Shown: piece by piece, positions 35,325 to 45,314 of the stretch
Layout of the letters: each line of letters begins with the position of its first letter
Numbering within the stretch: position 1 is the stretch's first letter
NCBI GenBank assembly: GCA_029564175.1
Contig: JAKQQL010000234.1
Span: forward strand, 1 to 50,269
From: Candidatus Cloacimonadota bacterium
GTDB lineage: Bacteria > Cloacimonadota > Cloacimonadia > Cloacimonadales > WRIO01
DNA length: 50,269 nt
Direction: 5' to 3'
Translations under genes and position numbers: made by a program
The notes under the pieces: generated by a model
The model's input: only the letters and a program-made list of their open reading frames with translations
Databases searched by the model: none
What the model was told of the DNA's origin: nothing

Positions 35325-38267
35325 ATGTTATCTTTTTTGTTCATAAAGAATAACCCTGACAAGCTGGCTGAAGCTTATCAGGAAGCAACAGACCATGAAA
35401 CAAAAAATAAAATACTTGCTCGTCTAATGGAGTTAAATGCTGATTCAATAATTGAACAAATATATCTAAAAACAATCCATTCAGGTCATTCTCAGTACAA
35501 TTTTCAATCTGGCAGTGTTCAGTACAAATCTCAACAATCAGGTAACAGTCAGCATGAAACTCAGGTCAATTGTCTGTTTGATTATATCTTTAAAAAAAAT
35601 GCAGATTCAGCGCCCAAGATATATGAATACTTTCTTATCTCACCAGCATCGATTAAACAAAAAATTATATATCAGCTGATAGGCCTAAAAGCAGATGATT
35701 ATATCAAAAAGCTGATCAATACAGAATATGAAAGCCAGGCAGTTGAGTATTTTTTAAGTAAGTATGCTACTGATTTCCATCAGCAATTAAATCTGTTAAA
35801 AATGGTTAACACTGACCATAAAAAACAAATCATAAAAAATGTTGTTCAGACATCCAATTCAGGGCTGATTTCAAAGATTTACCAGTCTGATTATAAAGAA
35901 ATGTTACTGGAAGTGATGATAAAAAACTTTATGACCAGTAGTTCACTTGATGATGTGTTTTTAAATTCACAAGATAAAGAGATTCGTGATGAGATTATTA
36001 AACGAATATTAAAACGAAAGATTAAAGGGGGTAATGCACTCAATAATTTAGATTTTTTTCAGATTGCAATATTAAAGACCCAACAGTGTGATATAAAAGA
36101 ATTTCTCTTGTTTTGGGAGCCCTATATATCGTTTATCTCTTTGAGTGAAAGCCTTGTAAAGCATTTTTACTTTCAGTTGAATGATCTGCAAAAACTGTAT
36201 ATTCTTTTATGGGAATTTGGAATTGCGAGATTTTTGCCACTTCCAGAGCTGAAATATTCTCTTAAAATTCTTGAAATGTATTATCATGAGGTTAATGATT
36301 GTAAATCATTTGGTCTGACTCATATATGTGCCGTGTTTGACGACGTTTTTAATCAGGTAGTAGAATTTATTGATTATAAACTGGGTATTTTAGCTTATCT
36401 GATTCATGCTGAACAGTATCAAATCAGCTTATCTGATGCAGAGATTTTTATTGAAGAAATGTTGCTTAGCAAGCTTGATAGCGATAAAGAGGGTTATCAG
36501 AATGTAGAGCATGAAATAGAATATCTGATTTTTCAAAAGAATTTTAATCAGTTAAAAGAGATTGCTCAATATCCTGTACCTGGTTTTGAGCAGGATATTT
36601 TCTTTACTCTTCATTTTTATGATCCTCCTGTAAGTGGTTGCAGAATGGATATTCGTACTATAAGCGAAGATACAAAAATAGTTGAGAGCATTGAGAATGA
36701 GAAAAAATTACTACTTGCTCATTTAGATAAAATGACAAAACAGATGACAGACCCAAAGACTTTGCTAAAAATGAAGGATGTTGTCGGTGTAAAAATAGCA
36801 AATCTGGTGGATATCAATGATTTTCTCTTTACACTTGAGAATATTAATTTTGATAATCATGAAGACTATGGAAAGCTGATTGATGTCATCATGAATGTTT
36901 TAAAAAAGACTGGCTTCCCTCAGTTGCAAAAAATGATCATGAAGAAAGTCATGAATATCAATGGTTTTTTGTGGTCAGATTATCTGGATAATGATAAGAT
37001 GGCTGTAGATGATCCTTTAATTGCCTATTATTACAACTATTTATGCAAAGGACAGATCAATCCCTGTATCTTGGCTAATCTCAGCAAATCATTGATGATT
37101 AAGCCTACTCTGGTTCAGGTTACTACGATTACTCATTTAATGGATATTAATCACATCGCAATCAGTCGCGATGCAAAACATATCGCTACTTCAGGCAAGG
37201 AAAAGACCGTTCAGGTGCTCGATATCAATACCAATCAGATTTCAAAGTATTACCATAACATGGAAATTGTTCAGCTCATATACTCCCCTGATAACCGATT
37301 TCTTTGCTCAGAAAGTAAAGATTTTGTGATCAAATTATTTGATTTAGAACTTCATAATGCTGAAAAATCAGAGCATAAGAAAATTGATTTTGAGATACTG
37401 TCATTTTCTGAGCGGAAAGATATTGTGGCAGTAAAAAAAGATAACGAATTCAGATTATATGATTTTAAACGAAAAGTCGTCATTGTTTCATTTAAACATG
37501 CTCATTTTATCAATCAGGCATTTATTACAAATAATGATGAATACGTGATTTCATGTTCTTCTTTTGAACTTAAGATTATAAAATTATCAAAACCTGATAC
37601 TGAAAAGGTTATCAAAACAAGTCGTTCTATCAATAGTATGGATGTTTCATCAAACAGCCGTTATATTATTGCAGGGATTGGCGATCGCTGGAAAGGTGAA
37701 CTTAAGATATTTGACGTCGAAACAGGTAAGGATGTTTATTCCAAAGAATACGATAATAATGTCTCATCTGTCAGTTTTTCTAACAATGTCAGATTTTTTG
37801 CAGTTGTTCAGGAAATAAAGGATCAATGTTTGCTCAGTGTTTATGATATGGACTTAAAAAGTGAAATTTTTAGTTATAATACTTCAAAGAAGATTCATAA
37901 AGTGATGTTCTGGCCAAATACGGATTTAATCATATCTGTAATGGATAATATGATAGAAATTTCTGATTATATTAAAAAAAAGAGCTTTAAAATATTAAAA
38001 TACAAAGAGCAGATTAATGACTGTATCGTTTCCTTTGAGGGGAGCTGGCTTGTCGTTACCTATAAAAATGAGGCTTGTATTTATCATCTGCTGGATATAA
38101 CAAAAAAAGCAGCCTATAATCTCGTACAAAACTTTTTGGCATTTCGTCTGGAACAGGATGCCACCTCTATTGATTATCTGATTAAAAATAAAGAAAAAAT
38201 CATTTGCCTTTCTTCGAATGAACACAAGAAAATGATGCAGGAAATGATTGATTATCTGATAAATTAA
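35325..38267 (+). CDS. Large protein with helical N-terminal region and C-terminal WD40-like beta-propeller
   Basis: Repeats such as INHIAISRDAKHIATSGKEKTVQVLD, YSPDNRFL..SKDFVIKLFD, VSSNSRYIIAG..LKIFD. Confidence 0.8.
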   Translation: MLSFLFIKNNPDKLAEAYQEATDHETKNKILARLMELNADSIIEQIYLKTIHSGHSQYNFQSGSVQYKSQQSGNSQHETQVNCLFDYIFKKNADSAPKIYEYFLISPASIKQKIIYQLIGLKADDYIKKLINTEYESQAVEYFLSKYATDFHQQLNLLKMVNTDHKKQIIKNVVQTSNSGLISKIYQSDYKEMLLEVMIKNFMTSSSLDDVFLNSQDKEIRDEIIKRILKRKIKGGNALNNLDFFQIAILKTQQCDIKEFLLFWEPYISFISLSESLVKHFYFQLNDLQKLYILLWEFGIARFLPLPELKYSLKILEMYYHEVNDCKSFGLTHICAVFDDVFNQVVEFIDYKLGILAYLIHAEQYQISLSDAEIFIEEMLLSKLDSDKEGYQNVEHEIEYLIFQKNFNQLKEIAQYPVPGFEQDIFFTLHFYDPPVSGCRMDIRTISEDTKIVESIENEKKLLLAHLDKMTKQMTDPKTLLKMKDVVGVKIANLVDINDFLFTLENINFDNHEDYGKLIDVIMNVLKKTGFPQLQKMIMKKVMNINGFLWSDYLDNDKMAVDDPLIAYYYNYLCKGQINPCILANLSKSLMIKPTLVQVTTITHLMDINHIAISRDAKHIATSGKEKTVQVLDINTNQISKYYHNMEIVQLIYSPDNRFLCSESKDFVIKLFDLELHNAEKSEHKKIDFEILSFSERKDIVAVKKDNEFRLYDFKRKVVIVSFKHAHFINQAFITNNDEYVISCSSFELKIIKLSKPDTEKVIKTSRSINSMDVSSNSRYIIAGIGDRWKGELKIFDVETGKDVYSKEYDNNVSSVSFSNNVRFFAVVQEIKDQCLLSVYDMDLKSEIFSYNTSKKIHKVMFWPNTDLIISVMDNMIEISDYIKKKSFKILKYKEQINDCIVSFEGSWLVVTYKNEACIYHLLDITKKAAYNLVQNFLAFRLEQDATSIDYLIKNKEKIICLSSNEHKKMMQEMIDYLIN

Positions 38268-38293
38268 AAAAAAGGCAAGCGTGAGCCTGCCTT
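38266..38293. terminator. Hairpin between convergent genes, probably a bidirectional terminator
   Basis: A8-GGCAAGC-GTGA-GCCTGCCTT. Confidence 0.7.
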
Positions 38294-39554
38294 ATTGATT
38301 CAATATTTCATCTGCGAGCATTAAGCCGTGAGCAGTTGCGTAAGTAATTGATCTTGTCCAGCCTGAACAGTCCCCGATAAACGTAAGCCCTGGTATAAAA
38401 TGATTGTTGAGTTTATTACTGTAGAACTTTACTTCCGTACCATACATCAGATTGTCGGGATTGGCTACACCCGGGATGACTTTGTCCAGTGTTTCTATGA
38501 AATCAAGGATGGACTCTGTTGTTTTTCTGGGGAAAGCCAGATTTAAATCACCTAATATATAATCATTCTGATCAAGTGTTGGATGAACACGATACAATTT
38601 CTTGGTTCGCTTGGAATCTCTGAAATTACCAAAGGTCTGAAGAATCACCCTGTCTTTACCTGCCAAAATGTTAGTAAGCTTTGCAATATATGAACCGTAT
38701 GATACCGGATCATTGAATGGCTCTGTAAACTGATGGGTGACGAGGATCGCAAAGTTGGTGTTATGTGATTTTTCAAAACGCTTCGCATGGCCATTAACGG
38801 TTTTAAAATCTTCATACTCTTCAGTAACAACATAGCCTGAAGGGTTATTGCAAAAGGTTCTTGCCATATAGCCGGTTCTGGTTTTCAGTTTTAACTTAAA
38901 TTCATACATTTCACGATTGAGATCTTCAACGATGTGATTGGGCAATTCATAGCGGATTCCCAGATCTACCTGCATATTATCCATGATCAGTTTTGGGCTC
39001 TTCTTTATGATGGTTTGAACAAGCCTGTGTCCACTTCTGCCTACGCCGATGACCACTTTATCAAACAGATGTGTTTCTCCGTTTGTGTTAATCTCAAATG
39101 TGTCACCCAGACTGATATCGCTGATTTCTGAACTAAAATGAAAATGCAGATTAGGGGCTTGTGAAAACTCTTCAAACACATTTTTCAGAACCGTTTTGAG
39201 TTCGTCTGTTCCAATATGCCAGAATTTTGAAGAGACAGGTTGAAAACCGCATTTATAAAATTCATTGAAGAGGGTTTTATTGGCAAAAGAATCCCCTTTT
39301 TCAATTTCATCATCTGAACAGCTGGTATTTTTCAGATAATACTGAACGACCTTTTCCTGAATTGCCATATCGATATCCAGGTCACCGCCCATTTCCTTAG
39401 ATACAAATATCTTGCCATCTGCTCTGATTCCGGATACAGAGGTTGAAAAAATATCTTTAGCTCTTTCAAAGATATGGATTTCATGCTCGGTATTTTTCAT
39501 TTTCATCAGAAATCCGATTCCTGATGCGCCAAAACCAATTAAAGCGATTTTCAT
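38292..39554 (-). CDS. FAD-dependent oxidoreductase (COG2509-like)
   Basis: IGFGASG, DGK, HIGTD, GVGRSG, RTFCNNPSGYV, VNGH, EVKFYS, GDCSG. Confidence 0.9.
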   Translation of the reverse strand: MKIALIGFGASGIGFLMKMKNTEHEIHIFERAKDIFSTSVSGIRADGKIFVSKEMGGDLDIDMAIQEKVVQYYLKNTSCSDDEIEKGDSFANKTLFNEFYKCGFQPVSSKFWHIGTDELKTVLKNVFEEFSQAPNLHFHFSSEISDISLGDTFEINTNGETHLFDKVVIGVGRSGHRLVQTIIKKSPKLIMDNMQVDLGIRYELPNHIVEDLNREMYEFKLKLKTRTGYMARTFCNNPSGYVVTEEYEDFKTVNGHAKRFEKSHNTNFAILVTHQFTEPFNDPVSYGSYIAKLTNILAGKDRVILQTFGNFRDSKRTKKLYRVHPTLDQNDYILGDLNLAFPRKTTESILDFIETLDKVIPGVANPDNLMYGTEVKFYSNKLNNHFIPGLTFIGDCSGWTRSITYATAHGLMLADEILNQ

Positions 39555-39717
39555 AAAAACTCCTCTATTTCAGATTTTACCAATATTGCAAGTATAATTA
39601 AAATATTTTAAAAGTCAATAAAAAAGATAATCTTTTAAAAAAAAGGTTGACTGATTGTTTCTATTGTGTTATTGTCTTTTGTATTAGTAATGCAACAAAG
39701 TAAATGGGGCAAAATCA

Positions 39718-41286
39718 ATGGAAATTATTAAAATATTAATCGTTGATGACGAGGAATCAAACTTAAGCTTACTTGAATATGTATTAAAACGCTATCATTA
39801 CAAGGTCGATCGGGCAAATAACGGACTCATTGCAATCGATAAATTTGTTAGTTCTGAATATGATATTGTATTACTCGACGTGATGATGCCCTTAATGGAT
39901 GGTATCGAAACCTGTATCAGAATGAATGAGTACAATAAAAATATACCCGTCATCTTATTAACTGCTTTAAATGATGAAGATGTTTTAAAACGAGGATTTG
40001 ATGCAGGGGCATGGGATTATATCACCAAACCCTGGAGTGAAGTAGATCTGATATCAAGAATTGAAAAAGCCAATAAAGTCTATACGGCTGAAAAGAAAAT
40101 TCGGACACTTTATGATACATTAAAACGCGAACATGAAAAGCAAAATAAAGAAATCCAGCTGGCTGTAGAAGTCCAAAATTACTTTTTACCTAAATGGATG
40201 CTTTATGATAAGTGTATCAAAGTATCTTCAACCTATAATCCTTCAGTAGGATTAGGAGGAGATATTTATGATTTTCTGCCAATCAATCCGCATCAGTATA
40301 TCATATACATAGGCGATGTTTCAGGTCATGGGGTACAGGCTGCCTTGATGATGACTGCTGTCAAAGCATTAATAAAAATGATTGTTGATGAAGAAAAAAA
40401 ACATTTGAGCTTGCCTGGTCTTGTTAGCCGTTTAAATAAGATTCTCGCTAAGAATGTTTTTAACAATAAATTTCTGACTTTGCTGATCATGCTTTTTGAT
40501 TTTGAAAAAAAACAAATGACCTTTTATAATGCCGGCCACCCACCATTCTTAATTCTTAATAAAAAAACGAAAGAAATTAAAAAAGCAAGTGATGTCGGCG
40601 TATATCCGATTGGCTGGAATGAAGCCCTTCCATATTCAGCGAGTTATGAAAATGTGATGCCACTTAATGAAGATGAATTCTTCCTGTTTTACACTGATGG
40701 CGTTACAGAAAGCCCGTGCAATGATAACGAATGTCTGACCACTCAGGGTTTAATCAGTCTGATCAGTCAGGACGTAAACATTGATGAATTTGAAACATTA
40801 CCTTATCAAATCAAACAAATCATGAAAAACAAACAATACAATATTGCTTATGATGATTTTACTATTTTTGCTGTGTGTCCTGCTTGTGACAAGCATCCTG
40901 ATTATAGTATGCATCAGTTTATCAATCTGGAAAATATAAGTGAAGATGCTCTGCTTAAAGTGCTTTCAGTACAATTGAATTCCTGGCAGATTAAAGAATC
41001 TGTTAAGTCTGTGATTGATCAGTTTGAAAGAAGAATGTATGGCTTACTGGTACAAGAATTAAAAGGCCTTTTATTTGAAAATCTTCTGCTGATTAACATG
41101 ACTATAGAAAATCATAACCTGAAATTGAAAAATATGATTAAGATAAGAACCTCTGAACAAAATAAAGCAATCGTTCATGCTCGTCTGTCAGAATTGATAA
41201 GTGATCCATTATTTAGCATTTATTCAGTTTTTAAAATGGATATACTGGATGATTTGGCCTGCTTGAATCTTGAAATAAAATTGTAA
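39718..41286 (+). CDS. Response regulator-PP2C/SpoIIE (RsbU-like) phosphatase with C-terminal extension
   Basis: Receiver VDDE/LDVMMP; GGDIYD, GDVSGHG, NAGHPP, YTDGVTE, DDFT. Confidence 0.93.
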   Translation: MEIIKILIVDDEESNLSLLEYVLKRYHYKVDRANNGLIAIDKFVSSEYDIVLLDVMMPLMDGIETCIRMNEYNKNIPVILLTALNDEDVLKRGFDAGAWDYITKPWSEVDLISRIEKANKVYTAEKKIRTLYDTLKREHEKQNKEIQLAVEVQNYFLPKWMLYDKCIKVSSTYNPSVGLGGDIYDFLPINPHQYIIYIGDVSGHGVQAALMMTAVKALIKMIVDEEKKHLSLPGLVSRLNKILAKNVFNNKFLTLLIMLFDFEKKQMTFYNAGHPPFLILNKKTKEIKKASDVGVYPIGWNEALPYSASYENVMPLNEDEFFLFYTDGVTESPCNDNECLTTQGLISLISQDVNIDEFETLPYQIKQIMKNKQYNIAYDDFTIFAVCPACDKHPDYSMHQFINLENISEDALLKVLSVQLNSWQIKESVKSVIDQFERRMYGLLVQELKGLLFENLLLINMTIENHNLKLKNMIKIRTSEQNKAIVHARLSELISDPLFSIYSVFKMDILDDLACLNLEIKL

Positions 41287-41352
41287 CAGATGAAGCGAAG
41301 TCGTCTCATATTCGAAATGTTTATTAACAAGATGCGTGTCACAGCGTATATA

Positions 41353-41368
41353 TGGCATAGTAAATGCA
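41353..41368 (+). promoter_or_regulatory. Sigma54 (-24/-12) promoter of the pmbA-tldD operon
   Basis: TGGCATAGTAAATGCA = GG-N10-GC, close to TGGCAC-N5-TTGCA, about 40 nt before the ATG. Confidence 0.7.
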
Positions 41369-41406
41369 AATTAATGAATCTAAACCATTTGTCAAAGGAG
41401 TAGAAA

Positions 41407-42741
41407 ATGCAGGAAAGTTTGAAAGTAAAATTGCTTGAAATGATTGACAAATATCCTGAACTAAAATTCCAATTTATCTTTCAGGACTGGGAAACTGATT
41501 TCTTAAGATTTTACCGAAGTCAGACAAATTATAATATCAGTAAAAAAGCGAAGTTTTTAAATACTTCTGTTTACAAAGGCAAGAAATCTCTCAGTTTTGC
41601 AATTGCAAATCCAAGCGTTGAAGCCTTTATGGAAAAAATTGAAGGCGTATTGGATACGATTGATTCATTGCCAGAAGATCCGGATTTCGTTGATTTAGAA
41701 ACAGATACCCGAAAGTCAGATGAAAAGACAAAAGAGAACAATATTGAAAAAATGTCTCTGGAAAAGAAAATTGCCTATCTGAGTAAACTTTCTGAAGCCT
41801 TAGAACCATACCATTTCAGGGTTTATGGGACATTTATCTGTAATTATGAGAACAGATATCTAATCAACAGTAATGGTCTTGATAAGAAGATGAATACATC
41901 GCCTATCTATTTTGAAGTGAAAGCCGTGTCTGATCAGAATGAAGTAACTGTATTGGAAGCTTTTGGCAGTGAAAATGCCTCCTCTTTTGATATTGATGCT
42001 ATCATTGAAAAAATGAAACAAAAAGTTCAGATCGCTATGTCAGAAGTAGTTGATGTTGATCCTGATGAATACGAAGTGATTCTGGCACCTCGTTGTATTG
42101 GTGAATATCTGGCATATTACAGCTGGAGTAGTTGCTCCGCAGGCAGTCTGGATAGAAAAAATACACTTCTGGAAGGTAAAATCGGCGAACAGATATTCCC
42201 TGAACATTTCACACTGATCGATGACCCGACAGATCCGATGATTGTCAATTTTGATTATAATTCTGAAGGGCATCTTTATGCGAAAACACCTGTCTTTGAA
42301 AAAGGGGTCTTTAAAAACTTCCTGGTTGGTAGTTATTATGCGCATAAACTGAATTTACAGGAAAATGGGGCAGAAGCATCATGTCTGGTTATGAATACCG
42401 GTGATAAATCACTTGATGATATGATTAAATCAGTTAAAAAAGGCTTGTATATTTCAAGTCTGCATTATATGAATTTTATCAATCCAAAAGAAAGCTCGAT
42501 TACTGGACTAACAAGAGATGGTACTTTTTTGATTGAAGACGGAAAACTGACCAAAGTCGTTAATAATCTGCGATTTACGGTAAAGATATCAGACGTCATC
42601 AATCATATTACAGAGATTGAAAATCAATCCTATACTTTCCCTATGTCTGATAACTATGGACAGTTCTCAGTAAATGCTTTCCGTATGCCTCACGTGAAAG
42701 TAAAATCATTCAAGATCAGCTCATCTACTAAAACAGTTTAG
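41407..42741 (+). CDS. TldD/PmbA family protein, PmbA/TldE-like non-catalytic subunit
   Basis: LIDDP, EG..K..FEKG, TGLTRDG, NLRF; lacks HExxxH. Confidence 0.88.
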   Translation: MQESLKVKLLEMIDKYPELKFQFIFQDWETDFLRFYRSQTNYNISKKAKFLNTSVYKGKKSLSFAIANPSVEAFMEKIEGVLDTIDSLPEDPDFVDLETDTRKSDEKTKENNIEKMSLEKKIAYLSKLSEALEPYHFRVYGTFICNYENRYLINSNGLDKKMNTSPIYFEVKAVSDQNEVTVLEAFGSENASSFDIDAIIEKMKQKVQIAMSEVVDVDPDEYEVILAPRCIGEYLAYYSWSSCSAGSLDRKNTLLEGKIGEQIFPEHFTLIDDPTDPMIVNFDYNSEGHLYAKTPVFEKGVFKNFLVGSYYAHKLNLQENGAEASCLVMNTGDKSLDDMIKSVKKGLYISSLHYMNFINPKESSITGLTRDGTFLIEDGKLTKVVNNLRFTVKISDVINHITEIENQSYTFPMSDNYGQFSVNAFRMPHVKVKSFKISSSTKTV

Positions 42742-42759
42742 GTGAAAAGAGGAGATATA

Positions 42760-44199
42760 ATGAAAAAAATAATACAAGACATTATCACGCAGTTAAGCGT
42801 TCCTTCCATCACTTTTGCGGATGTCAGATTTACCTCAACTGACGAAGAAACTATCTATTTTGAAAAAGGAAATTTAAGATACAAAGGATCTTCTGATGAC
42901 TCTAAGGCATTAGGAATCAGAGTCTTAATCAATGGTTGCTGGGGTTTTGCAGGAACAAATGATCTTTCTAAGAAATCTATCGAAAAAACCATGCAGACTG
43001 CTGTAAACAATGCGAAGCATGGCTCATTGTTTAAGAAAGATAAGATTGTTTATAAACCTGTTCCTGTAACAAAGGGATCATATCTCTATACTCCGGAAGA
43101 AAATCCATTTACCATGAGCTCAGAAGAGAAGATTTCTTACTTTGCGAACATTGCGGATAAATTAACAAAGAATGACAAAATTGTCTATTCAAGTGTAGAT
43201 GCTGATTTTTACAGACAATACAAAATTTATGCTAATACAGAAGGGACTTTCACAGACTCACTGGTTTATGATGTTTTACCTTCCATGTATGTTCTGGCTT
43301 CTGATGGTAATAAAAACTATTGCCGTACCTGGCCAGGACACATGAATGCCCGTCGTGGTGGCTTTGAAAAGGTTAGAGCTTTCAAATTTGAAGAAAATAC
43401 CGAAAAGATTATGAAGGAAGCGATTGATCTGTTAACTGCCCCTTCCATTGAAGAAGAAAGAGCTGATATTATCATCGGAGGCGGTCATCTTGCATTACAG
43501 TTACATGAATCAGTTGGTCACGCAACTGAGGCTGACCGTATCTTTGGTATGGAAATCTCTTATGCAGGAAAAACCTTCATTAAACCTAAAATGCTGGGTA
43601 ATTTCAGATATGGTTCTGATATTGTTAATATCTTCAGTGACAGCACGATTGAAAGTGGTATCGGGTTCCATATGGTTGATGACGAAGGTGTACCTGGTCG
43701 CAGAGCAGATATCGTTAAAAATGGTATCTTACAGGATCAGCAAACTTCCAGAGAAATTGCTCAAATGCTGGGTCTGGAACCAAGCTCCAATATGATGGCG
43801 TCTTTTGCTGACGATATCCCGTTAGTGAGAATGACAAACTTCTGTTTAGGACCACAAAAAGGGACATTGGATGATCTGATCAAAGATACTGAAAATGGTT
43901 ATCTGATCGATTTTACCAAGACCTGGTCTATTGATGATAATCGCTATAACTTCCAGTTTACTACTGAAATTGGCTGGAAGATTAAAAACGGTGAAATCGT
44001 CGGTATAGTCAAAGAACCTACCTATTATGGTATTACGCCTGAGTTCTGGGCTTCCTGTGACAGAATCTGTGGTGAAGAAGAATGGGAAATGCACGGTACC
44101 TTCCACTGCGGTAAAGGCGAACCTGGTCAGGCAATGCATCTGTCTCATGGTGTAGCTCCTGCAAGATTCAGAAATATAGTCGTCAATGTGAAAGCATAA
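42760..44199 (+). CDS. tldD: TldD metalloprotease
   Basis: HESVGHATE, DDEG, RMTN, CGKGEPGQ; ATG 42760 after GAGGAG. Confidence 0.93.
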   Translation: MKKIIQDIITQLSVPSITFADVRFTSTDEETIYFEKGNLRYKGSSDDSKALGIRVLINGCWGFAGTNDLSKKSIEKTMQTAVNNAKHGSLFKKDKIVYKPVPVTKGSYLYTPEENPFTMSSEEKISYFANIADKLTKNDKIVYSSVDADFYRQYKIYANTEGTFTDSLVYDVLPSMYVLASDGNKNYCRTWPGHMNARRGGFEKVRAFKFEENTEKIMKEAIDLLTAPSIEEERADIIIGGGHLALQLHESVGHATEADRIFGMEISYAGKTFIKPKMLGNFRYGSDIVNIFSDSTIESGIGFHMVDDEGVPGRRADIVKNGILQDQQTSREIAQMLGLEPSSNMMASFADDIPLVRMTNFCLGPQKGTLDDLIKDTENGYLIDFTKTWSIDDNRYNFQFTTEIGWKIKNGEIVGIVKEPTYYGITPEFWASCDRICGEEEWEMHGTFHCGKGEPGQAMHLSHGVAPARFRNIVVNVKA

Positions 44200-44215
44200 A
44201 AACATTATGTTAAAT

Positions 44216-44238
44216 AAGCCTCCTTCGGGAGGCTTTTT
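44216..44238 (+). terminator. Intrinsic terminator after tldD
   Basis: AAGCCTCC-TTCG-GGAGGCTT-TTT. Confidence 0.92.
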
Positions 44239-44269
44239 GTGTAAATCATATTCGCTCTGTATCTTTAAC

Positions 44270-44343
44270 CACGAAAAGACACGAAAAACACGAAAAAAGA
44301 GATATTTAGCTCATTCATCATTCATCATTTATCATTCACAATT
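44270..44343. repeat. Short direct repeats: 3x CACGAAAA and 5x 7-mer (CATCATT-like)
   Basis: CACGAAAA at 44270, 44280, 44289; GCTCATT CATCATT CATCATT TATCATT CACAATT at 44309-44343. Confidence 0.75.
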
Positions 44344-44486
44344 TAGCGTAACTCCCCGTCTAACATTGTGCTCAGTACAATTTCAGACGTACGGCGCTTT
44401 GCTTTGCAAGTCCCTTACAAACTGGTTGACATGTATTTGCAGTATGATTTGTAAAATGATATAAAGAAAAGCTAACAGTTCATACT

Positions 44487-45110
44487 TTAAACAAGATACT
44501 TTTTGAGTCTTTTAGCTTCTTTTTGGATGCGACTACTCTGATGAGATATAAAAGGTTCAATCAATTTAGCAATCTCATCCTTTAAGTCAGGCAATTGTTC
44601 TAAAACATTTTTCAATCCCTGAATGACTTTGGCTGTGTGTTTGCACTCCCATAAGGATAAGGCTTCTATAAGGATGGGATAGGCAGATGAAGCGGTTTCG
44701 GAACTGATTTTTGCATAGTTACTGATGGTATCTATGGCATAATCTCTGACGATTACCCCTTTATATGTTCTGATTTTTTCAGATAACTCATCCAGATAGT
44801 TGCCAATTTCTGGTATCAGATGAGCCATTAAAGCGATACAGTGCATGGATTCCCATTGAACTCTTCCGTTTTTATGCTTTGTTAACTCTATCAGGATATC
44901 GAAATACGGGATTGTCAGCTCAGGGTTAATCTTGGCAGTTTCAGTAAAAACTTCACAGATGTCTCCCAGTAGCTTTGTATTCTTCAAGTCAATAAAATTG
45001 ATCAAATCGTCTAAAAAGTCTGGATTTTCAATACATTTTAGTGCCACTTCCTGATTGGCTTTGCTTCCTTTTTCGCCTTTTTCAGATGCCAGTTCATTGA
45101 TAATATTCAT
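44487..45110 (-). CDS. Hypothetical HEAT/ARM-like helical repeat protein
   Basis: GGAGG RBS then ATG 45110; amphipathic helical repeats (RVQWESM, IVRDYAI, RIQKEAK). Confidence 0.75.
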   Translation of the reverse strand: MNIINELASEKGEKGSKANQEVALKCIENPDFLDDLINFIDLKNTKLLGDICEVFTETAKINPELTIPYFDILIELTKHKNGRVQWESMHCIALMAHLIPEIGNYLDELSEKIRTYKGVIVRDYAIDTISNYAKISSETASSAYPILIEALSLWECKHTAKVIQGLKNVLEQLPDLKDEIAKLIEPFISHQSSRIQKEAKRLKKYLV

Positions 45111-45314
45111 AAATGCCTCCAATTAAACATTAAACAGAGTGATTCCTATGTCAAGAGAAAAGTGTCAGACTATATCAATTTGATTATGAACTGAAAGATT
45201 TTATATCTATCTTATATCGTGAGAGAACCTAAATAACTGTTACTCAGTAGAAAGTACTGCTTAATAATTTTGGTATTTAAAATGCTTAATAAAAGAACAA
45301 AATAAGGGGGACAA

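Noticed and set aside
44107..44135. Possible SECIS after the TldD metal-ligand Cys codon (TGC...CCT-GGTC-AGG)
   Set aside because: Stem is only 3 bp and is dictated by the conserved GKGEPGQ codons; no convincing SECIS-marked Cys codon was found in this window by eye
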